A stretch of DNA of 64,000 nt from Candidatus Poribacteria bacterium (GTDB taxonomy: Bacteria; Poribacteria; WGA-4E; WGA-3G). The notes below the pieces were generated by a model that was not told where the DNA came from, made no database searches, and saw only the letters and a list, made by a program, of their open reading frames with translations. Each line of letters begins with the position of its first letter. Position 1 is the stretch's first letter. The stretch is from contig OZ243938.1 in NCBI GenBank assembly GCA_965214095.1, positions 1,472,001 to 1,536,000 of the forward strand. The letters run 5' to 3'. A program made the position numbers and the translations under genes. This document shows, one piece after another, positions 49,152 through 59,283 of the stretch.

Positions 49152-49655
49152 TTATAGATTTTCATCAAGATATTCTTCAATTTTCTCCAATGTTTTCTTT
49201 CCAATTCCTTTGAAACCTTTAAGTTTACCCTCATCAATCGCAGTCCGTAGGGATGCAAGACTATCAATCTCAACTTCCTCGTATAACCGTTTAATCGTCT
49301 TTGCTCCCAACCCAGGAATAGGCACAAGTTCTGTGATTGACTGAGGTATGGTACCCGCAAATTCGTCTATTTTTTTGCAAGTTCCAGTTTCAAGATATTG
49401 TGTGATGATAGTTGCGACTATATCCCCAACCCCACCGATTTCTTCAATTAACCTGTCTTGCTCAACAAGGTCTGCGATAGATTCAGGAAAACGTGAGATG
49501 GAATGTGCTAAACGTGGATATCGCGAAGCATGGTCTTCAGGATAATCTGCCATTATCAGGAAGGTATGTAGCTCCATCAACCTTAATGCTATTTCATCAT
49601 TGACGTGCCATCGGGTACGCCCCTTTTCGTCTGTATATGATCCTTTATTGTCCAT
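49152..49655 (-). CDS. Stand-alone PolX N-terminal HhH protein, paralog of 37544-37999
   Basis: Shared 'LMELHT.LI.ADYPEDHA.RYPRLA..ISR', GVGDIVATIIT, IPGLG.KT, KGIGKKT. Confidence 0.8.
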   Translation of the reverse strand: MDNKGSYTDEKGRTRWHVNDEIALRLMELHTFLIMADYPEDHASRYPRLAHSISRFPESIADLVEQDRLIEEIGGVGDIVATIITQYLETGTCKKIDEFAGTIPQSITELVPIPGLGAKTIKRLYEEVEIDSLASLRTAIDEGKLKGFKGIGKKTLEKIEEYLDENL

Positions 49656-50751
49656 TGGTTTTCCACCTTAATATTTGAATTGTAGTATCCCACAACGCGA
49701 CTGCCAAATACTTACCATCAGGTGAGAAGGCTAATGCTTGGATGCCGGTTGGATAAGTCACCCAAAATACTGGGTCACCACCAGGGATTTTCCATATTCG
49801 GAGATTCCCTTTCTCGTCTCCAGAAGCAATGTATTCAGTAGAATTAGGTTTTTCCCTCGGTGCGAATGCAAGTGCACGTGTCCAATACGCTTCAAACCCA
49901 TATTTATTTAGAAGTTGTGCACCAGTGTGTACATCCCAAACACGAATACCGGATTTTGCATTGAGTTGTGTGTCTGCTGCAAGCATGCTACCCTCCTGTG
50001 AAAAAATCAGATTCCACACCCCTAAAATCTCACCAGTATTGATAACACGAATAGGTTGATCCGGACCCGTTGTATTCCAAATCTCAATAATTGCGGTATG
50101 TCCTTCATCGTCTCGGTAAGTTCCTTCTGCTGCAGCGAAGTATTGATTATCTGAAGAAAACGTAAGTCCATTCCGAACAGGTAAAGTTGTGTTGAGAGTA
50201 TACAGTTTCTGGGGCGTGAAATTGATACGTGTTGTTTTATTAGGAATCTCTTTAGATCTATCAACCCCATTGCGAGGCATTACAATCACCTTTTCCTGAG
50301 GGCGGATATCCCAAAGTTCAATTTCGTTATTCCCTCGCGACAAAACTGCCAGATTACCACGTTCTGTAAGGCTGCAATGTTCGTAAGCACTACTTATTAG
50401 TTTTTCAACATGCCCCTTAATTAAGTCAACAGTAACGACTAAATCATCAGATATTGGGACAAGTAAATAATTCAACGCATTTGAAAACCCAAAGCGACAC
50501 ATCTTAGGGTTAGTGTATACAATTTGCTTTACTTGGGTCTTTATATCCCATGATACAACAGTCCCTCCCATCCCTTCTGCAATCAACTTCGTGTTATCTC
50601 TGTTGAATGCTATCTGTTGTGCTACATCAGGGAGTAATCTGTCAAGTCGTGGGTTCTGTCTTTCACCGAGTTGAAATGCAGACTCTAACGAAACAGCGTG
50701 AGCAGACATGTATAATAGTGTAAGGAGAATGGTCAGTAAGAACTTTTTCAT
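49645..50751 (-). CDS. Secreted WD40-repeat protein
   Basis: Signal peptide; ALAFSPDGKYLA, IASGDEKGNLRIW, IRVWD; stop overlaps the HhH gene start. Confidence 0.8.
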   Translation of the reverse strand: MKKFLLTILLTLLYMSAHAVSLESAFQLGERQNPRLDRLLPDVAQQIAFNRDNTKLIAEGMGGTVVSWDIKTQVKQIVYTNPKMCRFGFSNALNYLLVPISDDLVVTVDLIKGHVEKLISSAYEHCSLTERGNLAVLSRGNNEIELWDIRPQEKVIVMPRNGVDRSKEIPNKTTRINFTPQKLYTLNTTLPVRNGLTFSSDNQYFAAAEGTYRDDEGHTAIIEIWNTTGPDQPIRVINTGEILGVWNLIFSQEGSMLAADTQLNAKSGIRVWDVHTGAQLLNKYGFEAYWTRALAFAPREKPNSTEYIASGDEKGNLRIWKIPGGDPVFWVTYPTGIQALAFSPDGKYLAVALWDTTIQILRWKTNGQ

Positions 50752-50774
50752 CAGACAAAGGTAGACTTCAAAAT

Positions 50775-50912
50775 TATTGTGAAATGTAAAAATACGTGCA
50801 CACTCCCCGGTAGATGCGGTTTCCTAACCGCATCTATAACACTGAACAAACACCGGTTCGGTTAGGAAACCGAACCTACCGTCGTGTGTAAATAATTATG
50901 ATTCTTACTATA
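50775..50912. repeat. M2 element (copy 3, inverted orientation)
   Basis: Reverse-complement match to 23438-23575; 138 bp. Confidence 0.88.
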
Positions 50913-51034
50913 ATTGTGAACTTTTCTGTAGGAGCGATCTCCGAATCGCGATTTAACTCAGAGATAATCGGGAAGCGGAGTTCATTCCTACAGAAAAGAG
51001 TCGTCCAATTATATCGGAATCCTCATTTTTACTG

Positions 51035-52783
51035 CTACTCGTAAAGCTCCGTAGCAGTTTCACCTTTAGCGAAACGGTGTGCAGTTTGCACAGCGGAATC
51101 GTTCCCTGCGTTTCTGCGGACATCCGTTGCCCATCGTGCTAACCCAACTATCAGTTGATTTCTTGCAGGATGGTCCTCGCAGTAATGCCACTCTCTATCC
51201 ACGATGTGAATTGTGCTGAGGAGATGACCACCGTTATCATCCTTGAGGATACATTGTCCCATTTCTCTCATTAATCGTTCAGCAGAACAACCTGAGTTCA
51301 GATATTCACGGGTTCGTCGTCCGATTTCTTGGATACGGACAGATTCTATCCCATCAATAATTGCGTCAAGTGCCATATCTTCATCAAGCACTTTCGTGGT
51401 TGACGTCGTTCTTGCTTCTGAAATCGGTTGATGACGTATGTTGAGCCATCGGTTTACATAGAACGTCCATCCACAATGGAAGAGTGCCCTTGCGGCAATT
51501 TTGGTGCCACCAAAACGGAGTACCTTCCTGATATTGGCTGCACATTCCATCTCTTCTTGTAATTCCCCCCAACCTGGACTCATGTTAACTGGTGTTCTTG
51601 CCATCCTATCAGCAGTGGTCATGACCATAGTTGTAGCAATTTTGTCTATAGAAGCACCCGCTGTGAGCACTTTCGTAATTGCATCAAAAATAGTGTCTAT
51701 ATCTCCACTGACCAGATCGGCAGATAATGCATCTTCATCAAAGTCAACATCAGAATCCGGTGATTTTTCCTGCGGAAGCTCATCAAAGATGTGCTCAATT
51801 TCTTCTAGTTTTTGGAGTGCTTCTCGGAGACGTTCACCGGGTCTTCCCCTACCTTGTCCAAGTATCTTTGCACTAAGGTTGCAGACTAATTCACCCGTCA
51901 TGTCCCAACCCCATTTTTCGAGCAATTCAGCCAAATGACATAGGTCAATAAGATTCCTGGGACTACTAAGGAAGAACCATTCGGATGCACAATCCAAGAA
52001 AAGCGGTATGTATTTATCCTCATGCCCACCTAATTCTCTTGCTGTGATCAGACATTTTTCAATACCTTCCCACTCTTTATCATAGGTGAAGACTCTAATC
52101 CAGTTTTCGAGTTTTTCCCAGTCGACAGGGGGTGGAAGAGGTCTTCGGTCAGGACGATCATTATGTCCACCTGCAGCATGTGCCGCAGCCATCATCAGTG
52201 GTATAAGTCGGTCGTCTGTTTCATACATATGTGCGACCTTAATGCCGTGCATAAATGTTGCGACACGACCACCGCCAAATCGAAATCCTTCAGCTGTTGT
52301 GATATGACGCACCATATGCTTGACCATAATCTCTAAAGTCTCTTCTTCTGAAACACCTTTAGCTAACATTATGGCGATAGCTTTGGAAAGCGTCCAACTA
52401 TCGTTGGAGAATAACCCCTCTTTCAACAAAAGAAAATGTGCGTCATCCCGTTTTTTTCCACCTTTTTCAATATCTACATAGATATCACCATTTCGGACAT
52501 CAACGGGGAACGTAGCAAGATCATCACAACCACCAGTGAAGCATCCACCACCTTCCATGTCGTAACTCCAACCGTGCCAGTCACACGCCAATACTCCTCT
52601 TTTGACATGTCCTCTTATGAGTGGATACCCCATGTGCGGACACTGATTGTCTGTAGCGAACACATTTCCTTCATGCTCAAAGAGGGCAATACTATGACCT
52701 TCAACTCTAACTGCCCTCGGCTTACCCTCTGCTATATCACTTCGGGCAGCGACTTTTACATAATTTCCATTTTCTGATAACAC
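51035..52783 (-). CDS. Rieske [2Fe-2S] domain fused to a large all-helical domain, paralog B
   Basis: CPHMGYPL..CDWH Rieske motif, then GGGCFTGGCDDL. Confidence 0.85.
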   Translation of the reverse strand: MLSENGNYVKVAARSDIAEGKPRAVRVEGHSIALFEHEGNVFATDNQCPHMGYPLIRGHVKRGVLACDWHGWSYDMEGGGCFTGGCDDLATFPVDVRNGDIYVDIEKGGKKRDDAHFLLLKEGLFSNDSWTLSKAIAIMLAKGVSEEETLEIMVKHMVRHITTAEGFRFGGGRVATFMHGIKVAHMYETDDRLIPLMMAAAHAAGGHNDRPDRRPLPPPVDWEKLENWIRVFTYDKEWEGIEKCLITARELGGHEDKYIPLFLDCASEWFFLSSPRNLIDLCHLAELLEKWGWDMTGELVCNLSAKILGQGRGRPGERLREALQKLEEIEHIFDELPQEKSPDSDVDFDEDALSADLVSGDIDTIFDAITKVLTAGASIDKIATTMVMTTADRMARTPVNMSPGWGELQEEMECAANIRKVLRFGGTKIAARALFHCGWTFYVNRWLNIRHQPISEARTTSTTKVLDEDMALDAIIDGIESVRIQEIGRRTREYLNSGCSAERLMREMGQCILKDDNGGHLLSTIHIVDREWHYCEDHPARNQLIVGLARWATDVRRNAGNDSAVQTAHRFAKGETATELYE

Positions 52784-52798
52784 TTTATTTTTCTCCTA

Positions 52799-54075
52799 TT
52801 ATTCCTGTGATAATTCAGTTAAAAACGTCGCGACAGATTTCCGCTTCGCCTTCTTTGCATAATCAAGTGGTGTTAGTCCCGCATCGTCACGGACATTGAC
52901 AGCCGCGCCGTGCTCAATCAACAACACAGCTTGGTTTTTGCCAACCCCTTTCTGCGCAATGAAGTGCAACGGTGTCTGCCCCTTATCATCAGTCACATTC
53001 GGATTAGCACCATTTTCCAATAAACAGGCAACGCCAACGGTCAAACCGCGTTGTGCGACCCAATGTAGCGGTGTCCACATGCCACGTCTATGCTTTTGAT
53101 GTGCGTTGATATCCAGACCTTTTGCTATGAAACCTTTCAGCAATCTATCAAATCGCTTGGGTCCTTGTCCAACCAGCATATACCAATCTCGCAAGTTAAT
53201 CTCATAACCTAAGTCAATGAGCAGATCAACGATTGCTGGTTGTTTATACTTAAGTGCCAGCTCAAGTAACGGCATAGTCGGTCCGACTTGATACGCATAG
53301 ACGTGTCCACCCGGAACTTCATTCTCCTGTTCAGTATTTACCTTAGAGGATTTCTCCGATGGTATAATGTAACCTGTAGGATCTTTTACATTAATCCGTA
53401 ATCTGAGAAGATCGGGATTTCTTTGAAATTCCTCTCTTGCTCGTTCAACGTCACCCATTGCACAATAGAGGACAACATCGGTTTCTGCCCCTTTTTCAAG
53501 CAGATATTTGCATACCTCAGGTCGTCTACTCATTGTCCATTGTGCTGCAGTTCCATTATGGTCCTGATCACGTAAATTTATGTCGGCACCGTGTTTGAGA
53601 AGCAAGTCAGCAATTCGGGGTGTGGCAGAGAAATGTAACGGAGACATGCCATCACTTCCCAGTGTGTGAACTACTTCTGGATTTCCACCAATCAACGTTT
53701 CAAGTGTATCCAGCATGTCCAACCCAGCAGCAGCATGTGCGTCAATCGTTGCTCCACGTTCAATCAGGTGTTCCGCCAATTCCTTGTTGTAACTTAGCAT
53801 TGAACCTGTTACATGCTGAAGTGCTGAAGTACCACCTGCCCACCAAGAACTCTTGACATCAATGTTTGCACCTGCATCCAGCAGCACATCAATAAACGGA
53901 CGATCTCCTCTGCCTGCTGCATGCACAATTGCAGGAGCATCAAAAGAAAACCAAGGTTCATCATGTGGTCTTTGAGGTCACTGTTATTTGCCAACAATGA
54001 CCTGACCTTTTCTGCTTCTCCATTATTCACTGCATCAATAAATGCTGTTCGCTGCAAGTGCCAACCTTGACTCAT
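52799..54075 (-). pseudogene. Ankyrin-repeat protein gene with a single-base frameshift near 53963
   Basis: ORF 54075 (MSQGW..LKDH) joins 'DEPWFSFDAPAIVHAAGRG' on adding one base; ankyrin motifs SPLHFSA, TPLHWVA, TPLHFIA, TPLDYA. Confidence 0.75.
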
Positions 54076-54081
54076 CAGAAA

Positions 54082-55818
54082 TTACTCCTCAAACACCTCA
54101 ATTGTTGTTCTACCTTCTGCAAAATTCATTGCTGTGGTAGCCGCGGACTTATTATCCGTATTGGAACGAATATCTGTTACATATCGTGCCAATCCGACTA
54201 ATAACTGAGGTTGTGCAGGATGTCCATCGGCATGCTTCCACTCTTCAAATACGGTACGTAATGTCGGCAACACTTCACTACCTGTATCATCCCATAGCAC
54301 AGAATGTCCAATCTCTTTTATCAGACGTTCACCTGAATATCCAGCATTGAGGTATCCAAGCACTTGTGGTCCCACATCTTGCACGTTAAGCGACTCAATC
54401 GTAGCAATAATCTGTTTGACACCTTCAGCCTCGTTCGCGACATCAAGTTTTCCTTCACTCAATGGTTCACTGAGAGGACGCGAGGTAATATTGATCCAAC
54501 GATTTGCAAAGATTTGCCATGCAACATGGAATAAACCTTTTGCTGCGACAAGGTTACCACCCATCTTTTGTGCACTTCTCAGAGAAGACGCAAGGTTAAG
54601 TTCCATCGTTAAGTTCCACCAACCCGCATCTACATTAACAGGTGTGTTCGCCATTCTATCCGCAGCAAGCAGTACGAGTGAAGTAATAACTCTATCTAAC
54701 TTGACACCGTCAACTAAAACTGCCTGAACTTCTTCAAAAGAACGTTGGAGATCAACACTGGTAAGTGATTCTACAAACACATCCTCATTAAATTTATTAG
54801 TACGTTCTAATGCGACATTTTCAATCGTTGGTAGCATCTCTTTCATAAGAGTGATAGCATCTCTACGGTACCGTTCTGGGTCTGCGGGATGATGTCCTAC
54901 AAGGTCTGCACCGAGATAGAAGAACAGATCCGCAGTGCGGTCCCATCCAAATTCATCAACCACTTCAGAAAGATAACTGACATAAAGCGGGATTTGTGGA
55001 TTATCAATAAAATTGGGTTCCACAGCACATTCAAAAAGTAACGGACGCAATTTGTCTGCATCGCCTTTATGATATGCAGTGTACAAACACCGTTCAATGC
55101 GTCCGGCTTGTCCTTCATAAGAGAAGATACGCACCCATTGTTCTATCTTTTCCCAACTGACAGGTTCCGGCAGGGGCACAGCTTCAAGCCGTTGACGTGC
55201 TTCTCCTGCAGCAGAACATGCAGCGGTAGTGACAGCAATGAGTCTGTCCTCGCCTTCATACCGACTTCCAACTCTAAGTCCATTTATGAGTTTTGAGACA
55301 TCTTCTCCACCTTCTGACCCGTGTTCACTGGGAATGTGTCGGGCAACGTGTTCAAGAATCGCTCCCATTACCTCTTCTTCTGGGACACCGCCTTTAAGTA
55401 ACAGTGCGATCGCTTTGGACATAGTCCATCTGTCTTCACTTAATAGACCTTCTCTAAGCAATTGCTTATGTTCATCAGCACGGCGATATACCATATCTCC
55501 AGGTTCAATCCAAATTTCTTCGCCTCGGATATCCACTGGAAAAACCTTCAAATCATCACATTCAACGTGGAAACACCCACCACCCTCTAAATCGAAACTA
55601 CGGCGGTGCCAATCACACGTTAAAATACCATTTCGTATTGTGCCGCGGGTCAATGGATAACCCATGTGCGGACACTGGTTATCCGTAGCATATATCTTCC
55701 CATCAACGTTAAAGAGGGCTATGCTACGTCCTTCTTCCATCTTGATTGCCTTCGGTTTCCCTTCAGGCACTTCGCTCAATGTTGCCACCTTCACCCAATC
55801 GGGTGTTTGATTTTGCAT
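54082..55818 (-). CDS. Rieske [2Fe-2S] domain fused to a large all-helical domain, paralog A
   Basis: CPHMGYPL..CDWH, GGGCFHVECDDL; colinear with 51035-52783 (ADRMA.TPVN, QL.VGLAR). Confidence 0.85.
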   Translation of the reverse strand: MQNQTPDWVKVATLSEVPEGKPKAIKMEEGRSIALFNVDGKIYATDNQCPHMGYPLTRGTIRNGILTCDWHRRSFDLEGGGCFHVECDDLKVFPVDIRGEEIWIEPGDMVYRRADEHKQLLREGLLSEDRWTMSKAIALLLKGGVPEEEVMGAILEHVARHIPSEHGSEGGEDVSKLINGLRVGSRYEGEDRLIAVTTAACSAAGEARQRLEAVPLPEPVSWEKIEQWVRIFSYEGQAGRIERCLYTAYHKGDADKLRPLLFECAVEPNFIDNPQIPLYVSYLSEVVDEFGWDRTADLFFYLGADLVGHHPADPERYRRDAITLMKEMLPTIENVALERTNKFNEDVFVESLTSVDLQRSFEEVQAVLVDGVKLDRVITSLVLLAADRMANTPVNVDAGWWNLTMELNLASSLRSAQKMGGNLVAAKGLFHVAWQIFANRWINITSRPLSEPLSEGKLDVANEAEGVKQIIATIESLNVQDVGPQVLGYLNAGYSGERLIKEIGHSVLWDDTGSEVLPTLRTVFEEWKHADGHPAQPQLLVGLARYVTDIRSNTDNKSAATTAMNFAEGRTTIEVFEE

Positions 55819-55977
55819 ATTTTGATTCCTTTTTGGTTTAGGTTTATCAGTTTAGAATTCAACTACCCATACAATTGGTAGAGGTGTAAAACGGATTTAC
55901 CAAACGTTGCTGTGTGAAAGCCCAATTCTTTAGATTTGGGAGCCGTCAGAATATCGAATAATCAAATAGATATGAAG

Positions 55978-57216
55978 TTAATTTAACGTGAAGCGGACTG
56001 TATCAAAACGACTTGCTAATTCTGCAACAATAGGTTTGATCTTTTCAGGGTCTTCACCGGAAAAAGCATCAACGATAACATCTGCTATGTCAGGTGCATC
56101 CTCAGGTGTCATCCCCATTCGCGTAATTTCTTGAACACCGAGTCTTAGTCCAGATTTTCCCACTTCAGGTGACAAACCTGCAGCACCTGCAATTATATTG
56201 CAGCTTTCCAATTGATCCGCAAGTTCTCCACCAATTCCATAGGCATCTACAATCGGAATCAAAGTGTGCGTTTCTGTGAATCCGAGTTCTGCCCCGAGAA
56301 TAGGCACATCGCGATCTAACAATGCTTGTCCCAATGCTTTTGCATTTGCAACGATTGCATCCGCATACGTTGAACCGCAGGTCATCCACTCCACAAATGT
56401 CCCTGCTAACGCGGGTAATCGACTCAGGTGATGATTGCTCATGAGTAATGGATAAAGTGTTGATGCAATTCGTTCCGCAATGGATTTGTCGTTTGTTAGA
56501 ATCATACCACCTTGCGGTCCTGCCAACGTTTTATGTGTGCTGGAAATGATCACATCAGCACCTTCTTCAAGGGGTGATTGAAAACGTCCACCAGCAATAA
56601 GTCCAATTACATGTGCCGCATCGTAAATTAGATATGACTCTGGATTTGCCTGTCGCATTGCGCTTTTCAATTCTGCAACAGGTTGTGGAAACAGGAAAAC
56701 AGCAGAACCGATATTTACGATTCTCGGTTTGTGTTGCTCAATCAATGAAATCGTTGCTGCAAGGTCAATGTTGGATCGGACACCGTCCCAAGGTATCGGA
56801 ATTGACTGTAAGTCTACCTTTAGAGGTGACACTGCAAGTTTATTTGCATAGCCGTGACCGTTATCTACTTCTAATGCAATACTACCCGGTTCAGCGAGTG
56901 CGAATGTCGTTGCAATTCCTGCGATATTACCTGACAACGGACGTAAATCAACGAATGCTGCATTGAACAACGTTTTTGCCAATTCCTGCGTATACGCCTC
57001 TATTTCTGCAATATAACGATTACCTTTGTAATGCCGATTATGTAGGTCAATACCGTTATAATTCCCGTATCGCTGTGCTAACCTTTCATCAAAGAGTTTT
57101 TCTACCAACGGAGAAGGCGTATTCTCTGAAGCAATAAGGTTCAAGCAAGTTTTGCGATATTCATGATGTTTATTGAGAAGCGTGACTAGTTTTTCTATGT
57201 CTTGATTAGGGTTCAT
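55978..57216 (-). CDS. Serine hydroxymethyltransferase-like PLP enzyme (divergent)
   Basis: LNLIASEN, YDAAH, PLP lysine in SSTHKTLAGPQGG, GLRLGVQEITRMG. Confidence 0.8.
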   Translation of the reverse strand: MNPNQDIEKLVTLLNKHHEYRKTCLNLIASENTPSPLVEKLFDERLAQRYGNYNGIDLHNRHYKGNRYIAEIEAYTQELAKTLFNAAFVDLRPLSGNIAGIATTFALAEPGSIALEVDNGHGYANKLAVSPLKVDLQSIPIPWDGVRSNIDLAATISLIEQHKPRIVNIGSAVFLFPQPVAELKSAMRQANPESYLIYDAAHVIGLIAGGRFQSPLEEGADVIISSTHKTLAGPQGGMILTNDKSIAERIASTLYPLLMSNHHLSRLPALAGTFVEWMTCGSTYADAIVANAKALGQALLDRDVPILGAELGFTETHTLIPIVDAYGIGGELADQLESCNIIAGAAGLSPEVGKSGLRLGVQEITRMGMTPEDAPDIADVIVDAFSGEDPEKIKPIVAELASRFDTVRFTLN

Positions 57217-57860
57217 TTAGAAGCATTCCCGAAAAAGAGTGTGGTTTTTCGATGGTTATTAATTGATAGATAGGTGTAATGTAGGTTCACACTGATATAT
57301 GTTAGAATGACGTTTCATGTCCCAGTGATCTCTACGAAATTATTAACGCTTTCAATAGATTAAAGTTTCTAAGAATGCCTAATAATCTGCGACATGAAGT
57401 ATGGTAGGAAATGTAGTCAATTTAGGTTGAAAGTATAAGAGGGATATATTCACTAAATTGACACCTATGGTGTTCCTGTTTTCTTACCTTAGTTCCAAGG
57501 TGTTCTGCCTTTAGCTGCTTCAGATATTTTCTTTCGCGTATAAATCTAAATAGTATTTGTGTATAGCACCAGCGGTGCGGAAGGTGTATAGAATCGTGCA
57601 ACTACACATACAAAGCCAGCGGGCGACAGGTGTATATTCAAAAAGTCTATCTTATGCAATACACTTAGAAAATAGAAACTCCCAATAATGAACGTACTAG
57701 TGGAGCGTCCATTCGGACAAGATAAGTGTAGACAGAATACTTGTGGAGGTGATATTATAGATGATATGGACGCTATGTCTTTCGGTCGTGGTTTTTACTG
57801 CTGTTTGCACAGTGTGTGAGTTGACGGTGAGGATTGTACGGAAGCTCAAATCGTAATGAC

Positions 57861-58079
57861 CTACTTGTCTTTATCTTGTCGTCCTTTATAGATCCAACGA
57901 ATAAAGTGGTATGATGCCCAGACAATAGCAACATAGAATAACCCAGTGATAAAACCCAGAAATATGTCTCCATAACCACTTCCAACTATCATGGAAACAA
58001 TAATAAAAACTATAATGGACAGGAATATTGTAATCCTGATAAAAAACTTTTTCCAATTTAGATTTTTATTTATTTTCAT
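57861..58079 (-). CDS. Small 2-TM membrane protein
   Basis: Two hydrophobic segments flanked by basic residues. Confidence 0.45.
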   Translation of the reverse strand: MKINKNLNWKKFFIRITIFLSIIVFIIVSMIVGSGYGDIFLGFITGLFYVAIVWASYHFIRWIYKGRQDKDK

Positions 58080-58276
58080 AGTAAAATGATATTGTGTAAA
58101 TGTCAATAAAGTTTGTAATATGGTTGCATTATACCAGATTTTATGTTGTTTACAATACAAAATAACGTACGGTGCTATGTGCCGGGCGTTTTTTCTTTAT
58201 CTACACATAATACTATTATCTATATCGTGTAAATATGGTATACTTATGCTTAATATATCCCGATAGACAAGGATTT

Positions 58277-58546
58277 ATGATGGCTGAAAGCAAAGCAATA
58301 CAGGTGAAAGTGCCACAGAGGACTTATGAGAAGTTAGTTGAATTTACTGGAAGTGAGGGTTTTGTCGGTTCATCTGGCAAGCCTATCGTTGCCCAAGCCG
58401 TGTTCAAGATGATCCGATTCTTTTTAGATGCTGAGAATGATCCCGAATGGGAAAAACTTCGAGAGAAATCCGGGGGGAATACCTTTGGCATGGTGGACGC
58501 AGCTGTGACAGAACATATCAAAAAACGGCAGAGAGGTCCCTATTAG
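58277..58546 (+). CDS. Small hypothetical protein, possible ribbon-helix-helix DNA binder
   Basis: 'SKAIQVKVPQRTYEKL' beta-helix pattern; RBS AAGGA. Confidence 0.45.
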   Translation: MMAESKAIQVKVPQRTYEKLVEFTGSEGFVGSSGKPIVAQAVFKMIRFFLDAENDPEWEKLREKSGGNTFGMVDAAVTEHIKKRQRGPY

Positions 58547-58577
58547 AGTACTCACCCGATTTATAAGTATTAAATTA

Positions 58578-58966
58578 CTATAGTTTGGACAGTTTTTTAT
58601 AGACTTGAATAATAGTCTGGACAAGGAGAATCACAGTCATCATACCTATTTCTTAAATGATACACCTGTCGCCCCGCTGGGGCTATAAATCGTTTGTTCA
58701 CGATGTACTATACACATTTCGCCCCGCTGGGGCTGCTCATTTTGATGTTTTCACACTTTTTCATCAAAGTATTATCCTATCCAAAACTCACAATATATTG
58801 CAAATGCCAGCAATATCATACCATTTCTATAAATGTTTATCCCATTAACATTTGTTAAGAATGTCTTGAAGGATGGCACAAACTGGCAGTTTGTGCTACA
58901 AAAATGCGGCGTTTTCTATTAGAAATGGTATCAGTATGTAACCAAGAGAAATTGTCCAAACTATAG
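58578..58966. mobile_element. 389-bp MITE with 14-bp perfect TIRs and a 10-bp target-site duplication
   Basis: CTATAGTTTGGACA / TGTCCAAACTATAG; TATTAAATTA at 58568-58577 and 58967-58976; nested ATACCATTTCTA..TAGAAATGGTAT element at 58818-58931. Confidence 0.85.
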
Positions 58967-59224
58967 TATTAAATTAGGGGAGGGTACTAAAAAAGTGACC
59001 ATCGGCAATTTTGACTGAATTGCGTCCGTATAGGCTTTATGGTATATTTGCATATTTCAAAAGTTTAGTACGCTGCTATTATATTCAGAAACAGAGAAAT
59101 GGATACAAAAATGACTTACCGTGAATTGTGGTTGCACTTTCCGCAAGGATTAGCATATCATTCACGATGTGAATGTTTAGTGTGGTCAACAACCTAAATA
59201 ACCCTGTCCTGATAAATCCTACTC

Positions 59225-59253
59225 TTGACACAAACAATTTTATCTGGTAATAT
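59225..59253 (+). promoter_or_regulatory. Putative sigma70 promoter of the sod operon
   Basis: TTGACA-17 bp-TAATAT. Confidence 0.5.
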
Positions 59254-59283
59254 ATTGTCAAAACTATTTTGTGAGGAAAAAAC

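Noticed and set aside
59085-59220. Possible Mn-sensing (yybP-ykoY) riboswitch upstream of sod
   Set aside because: I could not find its conserved motifs, and the likely promoter lies downstream of this segment; an Rfam scan would settle it
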